DNA of 64,000 nt from Auanema rhodensis (GCA_964057225.1 CAXKVF010000076.1:745765-809764), one strand, 5' to 3'. Shown: positions 1 to 12,600, counted from the first letter of the stretch. Made by a program: numbers and translations. The notes: a model not told the origin generated them from the letters alone.

Positions 1-3000
1 TTTACGTGAACTTTAATTTATGCTAATTAAATGTACACGTGATGTGCACTTGGTATGTAACTCGCTTCACGTGAAAGATAAAGAGATGCGGTTTTCAAAA
101 TTAGATTCCCCATGTCCATATTAGTCTAAAAACAAATTTTTATTGATATTGGTGCATGGTAACCATGACTTTGAAATTTACGTGAACTGTAATTTATGCT
201 AATTAAATGTACACCTGATGTGCACTTGGTATGTAACTCGCTTCACGTGAAAGATAAAGAGATGCGGTTTTCAAAATTAGATTCCCCATGTCCATATTAG
301 TCTAAAAACAAATTTTTATTGATATTGGTGCATGGTAACCATGACTTTGAATTTTACGTGAACTTTAATTTATGCTAATTAAATGTACACGTGATGTGCA
401 CTTGGTATGTAACTCGCTTCACGTGAAAGATAAAGAGATGCGGTTTTCAAAATTAGATTCCCCATGTCCATATTAGTCTAAAAACAAATTTTTATTGATA
501 TTGGTTCATGGTAACCATGACTTTGAAATTTACGTGAACTTTAATTTATGCTAATTAAATGTACACGTGATGTGCACTTGGTATGTAACTCGCTTCACGT
601 GAAAGATAAAGAGATGCGGTTTTCAAAATTAGATTCCCCATGTCCATATTAGTCTAAAAACAAATTTTTATTGATATTGGTTCATGGTAACCATGACTTT
701 GAAATTTACGTGAACTTTAATTTATGCTAATTAAATGTACACGTGATGTGCACTTGGTATGTAACTCGCTTCACGTGAAAGATAAAGAGATGCGGTTTTC
801 AAAATTAGATTCCCCATGTCCATATTAGTCTAAAAACAAATTTTTATTGATATTGGTTCATGGTAACCATGACTTTGAAGTTTACGTGAACTTTAATTTA
901 TGCTAATTAAATGTACACGTGATGTGCACTTGGTATGTAACTCGCTTCACGTGAAAGATAAAGAGATGCGGTTTTCAAAATTAGATTCCCCATGTCCATA
1001 TTAGTCTAAGAACAAATTTTTATTGATATTGGTTCATGGTAACCATGACTTTGAAATTTACGTGAACTTTAATTTATGCTAATTAAATGTACACGTGATG
1101 TGCACTTGGTATGTAACTCGCTTCACGTGAAAGATAAAGAGATGCGGTTTTCAAAATTAGATTCCCCATGTCCATATTAGTCTAAAAACAAATTTTTATT
1201 GATATTGGTTCATGGTAACCATGACTTTGAAATTTACGTGAACTTTAATTTATGCTAATTAAATGTACACGTGATGTGCACTTGGTATGTAACTCGCTTC
1301 ACGTGAAAGATAAAGAGATGCGGTTTTCAAAATTAGATTCCCCATGTCCATATTAGTCTAAGAACAAATTTTTATTGATATTGGTTCATGGTAACCATGA
1401 CTTTGAAATTTACGTGAACTTTAATTTATGCTAATTAAATGTACACGTGATGTGCACTTGGTATGTAACTCGCTTCACGTGAAAGATAAAGAGATGCGGT
1501 TTTTGTACACGTGATGTGCACTTGGTATGTAACTCGCTTCACGTGAAAGATAAAGAAATGCGGTTTTCAAAATTAGATTCCCCATGTCCATATTAGTCTA
1601 AAAACAAATTTTTATTGATATTGGTTCATGGTAACCATGACTTTGAAATTTACGTGAACTTTAATTTATGCTAATTAAATGTACACGTGATGTGCACTTG
1701 GTATGTAACTCGCTTCACGTGAAAGATAAAGAGATGCGGTTTTCAAAATTAGATTCCCCATGTCCATATTAGTCTAAAAACAAATTTTTATTGATATTGG
1801 TTCATGGTAACCATGACTTTAAAATTTACGTGAACTTTAATTTATGCTAATTAAATGTACACGTGCTGTGCACTTGGTATGTAACTCGCTTCACGTGAAA
1901 GATAAAGAGATGCAGTTTTCAAAATTAGATTCCCCATGTCCATATTAGTCTAAAAACAAATTTTTATTGATATTGGTTCATGGTAACCATGACTTTGAAA
2001 TTTACGTGAACTTTAATTTATGCTAATTAAATGTACACGTGATGTGCACTTGGTATGTAACTCGCTTCACGTGAAAGATAAAGAGATGCGGTTTTCAAAA
2101 TTAGATTCCCCATGTCCATATTAGTCTAAAAACAAATTTTTATTGATATTGGTGCATGGTAACCATGACTTTGAAATTTACGTGAACTTTAATTTATGCT
2201 AATTAAATGTACACGTGATGTGCACTTGGTATGTAACTCGCTTCACGTGAAAGATAAAGAAATACGGTTTTCAAAATTAGATTCCCCATGTCCATATTAG
2301 TCTAAAAACAAATTTTTATTGATATTGGTTCATGGTAACCATGACTTTGAAATTTACGTGAACTTTAATTTATGCTAATTAAATGTACACGTGATGTGCA
2401 CTTGGTATGTAACTCGCTTCACGTGAAAGATAAAGAGATGCGGTTTTCAAAATTAGATTCCCCATGTCCATATTAGTCTAAAAACAAATTTTTATTGATA
2501 TTGGTGCATGGTAACCATGACTTTGAAATTTACGTGAACTTTAATTTATGCTAATTAAATGTACACGTGATGTGCACTTGGTATGTAACTCGCTTCACGT
2601 GAAAGATAAAGAAATGCGGTTTTCAAAATTAGATTCCCCATGTCCATATTAGTCTAAAAACAAATTTTTATTGATATTGGTTCATGGTAACCATGACTTT
2701 GAAATTTACGTGAACTTTAATTTATGCTAATTAAATGTACACGTGATGTGCACTTGGTATGTAACTCGCTTCACGTGAAAGATAAAGAGATGCGGTTTTC
2801 AAAATTAGATTCCCCATGTCCATATTAGTCTAAAAACAAATTTTTATTGATATTGCTTCATGGTAACCATGACTTTGAAATTTACGTGAACTTTAATTTA
2901 TGCTAATTAAATGTACACGTGATGTGCACTTGGTATGTAACTCGCTTCACGTGAAAGATAAAGAGATGCGGTTTTCAAAATTAGATTCCCCATGTCCATA

Positions 3001-3666
3001 TTAGTCTAAAAACAAATTTTTATTGATATTGGTTCATGGTAACCATGACTTTGAAATTTACGTGAACTTTAATTTATGCTAATTAAATGTACACGTGATG
3101 TGCACTTGGTATGTAACTCGCTTCACGTGAAAGATAAAGAGATGCGGTTTTCAAAATTAGATTCCCCATGTCCATATTAGTCTAAAAACAAATTTTTATT
3201 GATATTGCTTCATGGTAACCATGACTTTGAAATTTACGTGAACTTTAATTTATGCTAATTAAATGTACACGTGATGTGCACTTGGTATGTAACTCGCTTC
3301 ACGTGAAAGATAAAGAGATGCGGTTTTCAAAATAAGATTCCCCATGTCCATATTAGTCTAAAAACAAATTTTTATTGATATTGGTGCATGGTAACCATGA
3401 CTTTGAAATTTACGTGAACTTTAATTTATGCTAATTAAATGTACACGTGATGTGCACTTGGTATGTAACTCGCTTCACGTGAAAGATAAAGAGATGCGGT
3501 TTTCAAAATTAGATTCCCCATGTCCATATTAGTCTAAAAACAAATTTTTATTGATATTGGTTCATGGTAACCATGACTTTGAAATTTACGTGAACTTTAA
3601 TTTATGCTAATTAAATGTACACGTGATGTGCACTTGGTATGTAACTCGCTTCACGTGAAAGATAAA
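1..3666 (+). repeat. 176-bp satellite array, orientation A (~21 monomers, open at the left edge)
   Basis: TTTACGTGAA recurs at 1, 177, ... 881, ... 1409. After a phase shift at 1504 it recurs at 1649, ... 2881, ... 3585. Monomers differ by 0-2 SNPs. Confidence 0.99.
1440..1567 (+). repeat. Rearranged monomer: two adjacent copies of monomer positions 32-95 (112-bp deletion or 64-bp duplication)
   Basis: At 1491-1510 GAGATGCGGTTTT|TGTACAC joins monomer position 95 to position 32. The downstream phase shifts by 64 bp. Confidence 0.95.
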
Positions 3667-3675
3667 AGCATAAAT
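3660..3675. other. Strand-switch (inversion) junction within the satellite
   Basis: ...TCACGTGAAAGATAAA (orientation A, monomer position 82) is joined directly to AGCATAAATTAAAG... (reverse complement from monomer position 24), with no foreign DNA. Confidence 0.97.
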
Positions 3676-6600
3676 TAAAGTTCACGTAAATTTCAAAGTC
3701 ATGGTTACCATGCACCAATATCAATAAAAATTTGTTTTTAGACTAATATGGACATGGGGAATCTTATTTTGAAAACCGCATCTCTTTATCTTTCACGTGA
3801 AGCGAGTTACATACCAAGTGCACATCACGTGTACATTTAATTAGCATAAATTAAAGTTCACGTAAATTTCAAAGTCATGGTTACCATGAAGCAATATCAA
3901 TAAAAATTTGTTTTTAGACTAATATGGACATGGGGAATCTAATTTTGAAAACCGCATCTCTTTATCTTTCACGTGAAGCGAGTTACATACCAAGTGCACA
4001 TCACGTGTACATTTAATTAGCATAAATTAAAGTTCACGTAAATTTCAAAGTCATGGTTACCATGAACCAATATCAATAAAAATTTGTTTTTAGACTAATA
4101 TGGACATGGGGAATCTAATTTTGAAAACCGCATCTCTTTATCTTTCACGTGAAGCGAGTTACATACCAAGTGCACATCACGTGTACATTTAATTAGCATA
4201 AATTAAAGTTCACGTAAATTTCAAAGTCATGGTTACCATGAAGCAATATCAATAAAAATTTGTTTTTAGACTAATATGGACATGGGGAATCTAATTTTGA
4301 AAACCGCATCTCTTTATCTTTCACGTGAAGCGAGTTACATACCAAGTGCACATCACGTGTACATTTAATTAGCATAAATTAAAGTTCACGTAAATTTCAA
4401 AGTCATGGTTACCATGAAGCAATATCAATAAAAATTTGTTTTTAGACTAATATGGACATGGGGAATCTAATTTTGAAAACCGCATCTCTTTATCTTTCAC
4501 GTGAAGCGAGTTACATACCAAGTGCACATCACGTGTACATTTAATTAGCATAAATTAAAGTTCACGTAAATTTCAAAGTCATGGTTACCATGAACCAATA
4601 TCAATAAAAATTTGTTTTTAGACTAATATGGACATGGGGAATCTAATTTTGAAAACCGCATTTCTTTATCTTTCACGTGAAGCGAGTTACATACCAAGTG
4701 CACATCACGTGTACATTTAATTAGCATAAATTAAAGTTCACGTAAATTTCAAAGTCATGGTTACCATGGACCAATATCAATAAAAATTTGTTTTTAGACT
4801 AATATGGACATGGGGAATCTAATTTTGAAAACCGCATCTCTTTATCTTTCACGTGAAGCGAGTTACATACCAAGTGCACATCACGTGTACATTTAATTAG
4901 CATAAATTAAAGTTCACGTAAATTTCAAAGTCATGGTTACCATGAACCAATATCAATAAAAATTTGTTTTTAGACTAATATGGACATGGGGAATCTAATT
5001 TTGAAAACCGTATTTCTTTATCTTTCACGTGAAGCGAGTTACATACCAAGTGCACATCACGTGTACATTTAATTAGCATAAATTAAAGTTCACGTAAACT
5101 TCAAAGTCATGGTTACCATGAAGCAATATCAATAAAAATTTGTTTTTAGACTAATATGGACATGGGGAATCTAATTTTGAAAACCGGATCTCTTTATCTT
5201 TCACGTGAAGCGAGTTACATACCAAGTGCACATCACGTGTACATTTAATTAGCATAAATTAAAGTTCACGTAAATTTCAAAGTCATGGTTACCATGAACC
5301 AATATCAATAAAAATTTGTTTTTAGACTAATATGGACATGGGGAATCTAATTTTGAAAACCGCATCTCTTTATCTTTCACGTGAAGCGAGTTACATACCA
5401 AGTGCACATCACGTGTACATTTAATTAGCATAAATTAAAGTTCACGTAAATTTCAAAGTCATGGTTACCATGCACCAATATCAATAAAAATTTGTTTTTA
5501 GACTAATATGGACATGGGGAATCTAATTTTAAAAACCGCATCTCTTTATCTTTCACGTGAAGCGAGTTACATACCAAGTGCACATCACGTGTACATTTAA
5601 TTAGCATAAATTAGAGTTCACGTAAATTTCAAAGTCATGGTTACCATGAAGCAATATCAATAAAAATTTGTTTTTAGACTAATATGGACATGGGGAATCT
5701 AATTTTGAAAACCGCATTTCTTTATCTTTCACGTGAAGCGAGTTACATACCAAGTGCACATCACGTGTACATTTAATTAGCATAAATTAAAGTTCACGTA
5801 AATTTCAAAGTCATGGTTACCATGCACCAATATCAATAAAAATTTGTTTTTAGACTAATATGGACATGGGGAATCTAATTTTGAAAACCGCATCTCTTTA
5901 TCTTTCACGTGAAGCGAGTTACATACCAAGTGCACATCACGTGTACATTTAATTAGCATAAATTAAAGTTCACGTAAATTTCAAAGTCATGGTTACCATG
6001 AACCAATATCAATAAAAATTTGTTTTTAGACTAATATGGACATGGGGAATCTAATTTTGAAAACCGTATTTCTTTATCTTTCACGTGAAGCGAGTTACAT
6101 ACCAAGTGCACATCACGTGTACATTTAATTAGCATAAATTAAAGTTCACGTAAATTTCAAAGTCATGGTTACCATGCACCAATATCAATAAAAATTTGTT
6201 TTTAGACTAATATGGACATGGGGAATCTAATTTTGAAAACCGCATCTCTTTATCTTTCACGTGAAGCGAGTTACATACCAAGTGCACATCACGTGTACAT
6301 TTAATTAGCATAAATTAAAGTTCACGTAAATTTCAAAGTCATGGTTACCATGAACCAATATCAATAAAAATTTGTTTTTAGACTAATATGGACATGGGGA
6401 ATCTAATTTTGAAAACCGCATCTCTTTATCTTTCACGTGAAGCGAGTTACATACCAAGTGCACATCACGTGTACATTTAATTAGCATAAATTAAAGTTCA
6501 CGTAAATTTCAAAGTCATGGTTACCATGAACCAATATCAATAAAAATTTGTTTTTAGACTAATATGGACATGGGGAATCTAATTTTGAAAACCGTATTTC

Positions 6601-9600
6601 TTTATCTTTCACGTGAAGCGAGTTACATACCAAGTGCACATCACGTGTACATTTAATTAGCATAAATTAAAGTTCACGTAAATTTCAAAGTCATGGTTAC
6701 CATGAACCAATATCAATAAAAATTTGTTTTTAGACTAATATGGACATGGGGAATCTAATTTTGAAAACTGCATCTCTTTATCTTTCACGTGAAGCGAGTT
6801 ACATACCAAGTGCACAGCACGTGTACATTTAATTAGCATAAATTAAAGTTCACGTAAATTTCAAAGTCATGGTTACCATGAACCAATATCAATAAAAATT
6901 TGTTTTTAGACTAATATGGACATGGGGAATCTAATTTTGAAAACCGCATCTCTTTATCTTTCACGTGAAGCGAGTTACATACCAAGTGCACATCACGTGT
7001 ACATTTAATTAGCATAAATTAAAGTTCACGTAAATTTCAAAGTCATGGTTACCATGAACCAATATCAATAAAAATTTGTTTTTAGACTAATATGGACATG
7101 GGGAATCTAATTTTGAAAACCGCATTTCTTTATCTTTCACGTGAAGCGAGTTACATACCAAGTGCACATCACGTGTACATTTAATTAGCATAAATTAAAG
7201 TTCACGTAAATTTCAAAGTCATGGTTACCATGCACCAATATCAATAAAAATTTGTTTTTAGACTAATATGGACATGGGGAATCTTATTTTGAAAACCGCA
7301 TCTCTTTATCTTTCACGTGAAGCGAGTTACATACCAAGTGCACATCACGTGTACATTTAATTAGCATAAATTAAAGTTCACGTAAACTTCAAAGTCATGG
7401 TTACCATGAAGCAATATCAATAAAAATTTGTTTTTAGACTAATATGGACATGGGGAATCTAATTTTGAAAACCGGATCTCTTTATCTTTCACGTGAAGCG
7501 AGTTACATACCAAGTGCACATCACGTGTACATTTAATTAGCATAAATTAAAGTTCACGTAAATTTCAAAGTCATGGTTACCATGAACCAATATCAATAAA
7601 AATTTGTTTTTAGACTAATATGGACATGGGGAATCTAATTTTGAAAACCGCATCTCTTTATCTTTCACGTGAAGCGAGTTACATACCAAGTGCACATCAC
7701 GTGTACATTTAATTAGCATAAATTAAAGTTCACGTAAATTTCAAAGTCATGGTTACCATGCACCAATATCAATAAAAATTTGTTTTTAGACTAATATGGA
7801 CATGGGGAATCTAATTTTAAAAACCGCATCTCTTTATCTTTCACGTGAAGCGAGTTACATACCAAGTGCACATCACGTGTACATTTAATTAGCATAAATT
7901 AAAGTTCACGTAAATTTCAAAGTCATGGTTACCATGAAGCAATATCAATAAAAATTTGTTTTTAGACTAATATGGACATGGGGAATCTAATTTTGAAAAC
8001 TGCATCTCTTTATCTTTCACGTGAAGCGAGTTACATACCAAGTGCACAGCACGTGTACATTTAATTAGCATAAATTAAAGTTCACGTAAATTTCAAAGTC
8101 ATGGTTACCATGAACCAATATCAATAAAAATTTGTTTTTAGACTAATATGGACATGGGGAATCTAATTTTGAAAACCGCATCTCTTTATCTTTCACGTGA
8201 AGCGAGTTACATACCAAGTGCACATCACGTGTACATTTAATTAGCATAAATTAAAGTTCACGTAAATTTCAAAGTCATGGTTACCATGAACCAATATCAA
8301 TAAAAATTTTATTTTTAGACTAATATGGACATGGGGAATCTAATTTTGAAAACCGCATCTCTTTATCTTTTACGTGAAGCGAGTTACATACCAAGTGCAC
8401 ATCACGTGTACATTTAATTAGCATAAATTAAAGTTCACGTAAATTTCAAAATCATGGTTACCATGAACCAATATCAATAAAAATTTGTTTTTAGACTAAT
8501 ATGGACATGGGGAATCTAATTTTGAGAACCGCATTTTTTTATCTTTCACGTGAAGCGAGTTACATACCAAGTGCACATCACGTGTACATTTAATTAGCAT
8601 AAATTAAAGTTCACGTAAATTTCAAAGTCATGGTTACCATGAACCAATATCAATAAAAATTTGTTTTTAGACTAATATGGACATGGGGAATCTAATTTTG
8701 AAAACCGCATCTCTTTATCTTTCACGTGAAGCGAGTTACATACCAAGTGCACATCACGTGTCCATTCAATTAGCATAAATTAAAGTTCACGTAAATTTCA
8801 AAGTCATGGTTACCATGAACCAATATCAATAAAAATTTGTTTTTAGACTAATATGGACATGGGGAATCTAATTTTGAAAACCGCATCTCTTTATCTTTCA
8901 CGTGAAGCGAGTTACATACCAAGTGCACATCACGTGTACATTTAATTAGCATAAATTAAAGTTCACGTAAATTTCAAAGTCATGGTTACCATGAACCAAT
9001 ATCAATAAAAATTTGTTTTTAGACTAATATGGACATGGGGAATCTAATTATGAAAACCGCATCTCTTTATCTTTCACGTGAAGCGAGTTACATACCAAGT
9101 GCACATCACGTGTACATTTAATTAGCATAAATTAAAGTTCACGTAAATTTCAAAGTCATGGTTACCATGAACCAATATCAATAAAAATTTGTTTTTAGAC
9201 TAATATGGACATGGGGAATCTAATTTTGAAAACCGCATCTCTTTATCTTTCACGTGAAGCGAGTTACATACCAAGTGCACATCACGTGTGCATTTAATTA
9301 GCATAAATTAAAGTTCACGTAAATTTCAAAGTCATGGTTACCATGAACCAATATCAATAAAAATTTGTTTTTAGACTAATATGGACATGGGGAATCTAAT
9401 TTTGAAAACCGCATCTCTTTATCTTTCACGTGAAGCGAGTTACATACCAAGTGCACATCACGTGTACATTTAATTAGCATAAATTAAAGTTCACGTAAAT
9501 TTCAAAGTCATGGTTACCATGAACCAATATCAATAAAAATTTGTTTTTAGACTAATATGGACATGGGGAATCTAATTTTGAAAACCGCATCTCTTTATCT

Positions 9601-12600
9601 TTCACGTGAAGCGAGTTACATACCAAGTGCACATCACGTGTGCATTTAATTAGCATAAATTAAAGTTCACGTAAATTTCAAAGTCATGGTTACCATGAAC
9701 CAATATCAATAAAAATTTGTTTTTAGACTAATATGGACATGGGGAATCTAATTTTGAAAACCGCATCTCTTTATCTTTTACGTGATGCGAGTTACATACC
9801 CAGTGCACATCACGTGTACATTTAATTAGCATAAATTAAAGTTCACGTAAATTTCAAAGTCATGGTTACCATGAACCAATATCAATAAAAATTTGTTTTT
9901 AGACTAATATGGACATGGGGAATCTAATTTTGAGAACCGCATTTTTTTATCTTTCACGTGAAGCGAGTTACATACCAAGTGCACATCACGTGTACATTTA
10001 ATTAGCATAAATTAAAGTTCACGTAAATTTCAAAGTCATGGTTACCATGCACCAATATCAATAAAAATTTGTTTTTAGACTAATATGGACATGGGGAATC
10101 TAATTTTGAAAACCGCATCTCTTTATCTTTCACGTGAAGCGAGTTACATACCAAGTGCACATCACGTGTACATTTAATTAGCATAAATTAAAGTTCACGT
10201 AAATTTCAAAGTCATGGTTACCATGCACCAATATCAATAAAAATTTGTTTTTAGACTAATATGGACATGGGGAATCTAATTTTGAAAACCGCATCTCTTT
10301 ATCTTTCACGTGAAGCGAGTTACATACCAAGTGCACATCACGTGTACATTTAATTAGCATAAATTAAAGTTCACGTAAATTTCAAAGTCATGGTTACCAT
10401 GAACCAATATCAATAAAAATTTGTTTTTAGACTAATATGGACATGGGGAATCTAATTTTGAAAACCGCATCTTTTTATCTTCCACGTGAAGCGAGTTACA
10501 TACCAAGTGCACATCACGTGTACATTTAATTAGCATAAATTAAAGTTCACGTAAATTTCAAAGTCATGGTTACCATGAACCAATATCAATAAAAATTTTT
10601 TTTAGACTAATATGGACATGGGGAATCTAATTTTGAAAACCGCATCTCTTTATCTTTCACGTGAAGCGAGTTACATACCAAGTGCACATCACGTGTACAT
10701 TCAATTAGCATAAATTAAAGTTCACGTAAATTTCAAAGTCATGGTTACCATGAACCAATATCAATAAAAATTTGTTTTTAGACTAATATGGACATGGGGA
10801 ATCTAATTTTGAAAACCGCATCTCTTTATCTTTCACGTGAAGCGAGTTACATACCAAGTGCACATCACGTGTACATTTAATTAGCATAAATTAAAGTTCA
10901 CGTAAATTTCAAAGTCATGGTTACCATAAACCAATATCAATAAAAATTTGTTTTTAGACTAATATGGACATGGGGAATCTAATTTTGAAAACCGCATCTC
11001 TTTATCTTTCACGTGAAGCGAGTTACATACCAAGTGCACATCACGTGTACATTTAATTAGCATAAATTAAAGTTCACGTAAATTTCAAAGTCATGGTTAC
11101 CATGAAGCAATATCAATAAAAATTTGTTTTTAGACTAATATGGACATGGGGAATCTAATTTTGAAAACCGCATCTCTTTATCTTTCACGTGAAGCGAGTT
11201 ACATACCAAGTGCACATCACGTGTACATTTAATTAGCATAAATTAAAGTTCACGTAAATTTCAAAGTCATGGTTACCATGAACCAATATCAATAAAAATT
11301 TGTTTTTAGACTAATATGGACATGGGGAATCTAATTTTGAAAACCGCATCTCTTTATCTTTCACGTGAAGCGAGTTACATACCAAGTGCACATCACGTGT
11401 ACATTTAATTAGCATAAATTAAAGTTCACGTAAATTTCAAAGTCATGGTTACCATGCACCAATATCAATAAAAATTTGTTTTTAGACTAATATGGACATG
11501 GGGAATCTAATTTTGAAAACCGCATCTCTTTATCTTTCACGTGAAGCGAGTTACATACCAAGTGCACATCACGTGTACATTTAATTAGCATAAATTAAAG
11601 TTCACGTAAATTTCAAAGTCATGGTTACCATGCACCAATATCAATAAAAATTTGTTTTTAGACTAATATGGACATGGGGAATCTAATTTTGAAAACCGCA
11701 TCTCTTTATCTTTCACGTGAAGCGAGTTACATACCAAGTGCACATCACGTGTACATTTAATTAGCATAAATTAAAGTTCACGTAAATTTCAAAGTCATGG
11801 TTACCATGAACCAATATCAATAAAAATTTGTTTTTAGACTAATATGGACATGGGGAATCTAATTTTGAAAACCGCATCTCTTTATCTTTCACGTGAAGCG
11901 AGTTACATACCAAGTGCACATCACGTGTACATTTAATTAGCATAAATTAAAGTTCACGTAAATTTCAAAGTCATGGTTACCATGAACCAATATCAATAAA
12001 AATTTGTTTTTAGACTAATATGGACATGGGGAATCTAATTTTGAAAACCGCATCTCTTTATCTTTCACGTGAAGCGAGTTACATACCAAGTGCACATCAC
12101 GTGTACATTTAATTAGCATAAATTAAAGTTCACGTAAATTTCAAAGTCATGGTTACCATGAACCAATATCAATAAAAATTTGTTTTTAGACTAATATGGA
12201 CATGGGGAATCTAATTTTGAAAACCGCATCTCTTTATCTTCCACGTGAAGCGAGTTACATACCAAGTGCACATCACGTGTACATTTAATTAGCATAAATT
12301 AAAGTTCACGTAAATTTCAAAGTCATGGTTACCATGAAGCAATATCAATAAAAATTTGTTTTTAGACTAATATGGACATGGGGAATCTAATTTTGAAAAC
12401 CGCATCTCTTTATCTTTCACGTGAAGCGAGTTACATACCAAGTGCACATCACGTGTACATTTAATTAGCATAAATTAAAGTTCACGTAAATTTCAAAGTC
12501 ATGGTTACCATGAACCAATATCAATAAAAATTTGTTTTTAGACTAATATGGACATGGGGAATCTAATTTTGAAAACCGCATCTCTTTATCTTTCACGTGA

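Noticed and set aside
1-176. Identity with known ~171-178-bp satellites (Brassica CentBr, Arabidopsis CEN178, primate alpha satellite, honey-bee AluI)
   Set aside because: No resemblance to those consensus sequences as I recall them, and the consensus has no HindIII or AluI site. A database search is needed to name the family.
1-176. 5S rRNA, tRNA or snRNA tandem gene unit
   Set aside because: No 5S sequence, no cloverleaf and no convincing A/B boxes; too AT-rich.
3433-3900. MITE or foldback transposon at the inversion
   Set aside because: Both arms and the spacer are pure satellite, with no distinct termini, target-site duplication or transposase remnant.
3824-3930. Budding-yeast point-centromere-like layout: ATCACGTG (CDEI), 77-bp spacer, TGTTTTT
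   Set aside because: The spacer is only about 77% AT, the essential CDEIII CCG core is missing, and point centromeres are not tandemly arrayed.
3924-4016. 30-codon ORF in each orientation-B monomer (MDMGNLILKTASLYLSREASYIPSAHHVYI*) with an AATAAA downstream
   Set aside because: The length is expected by chance, there is no recognisable protein motif, and AATAAA is trivial in AT-rich DNA.
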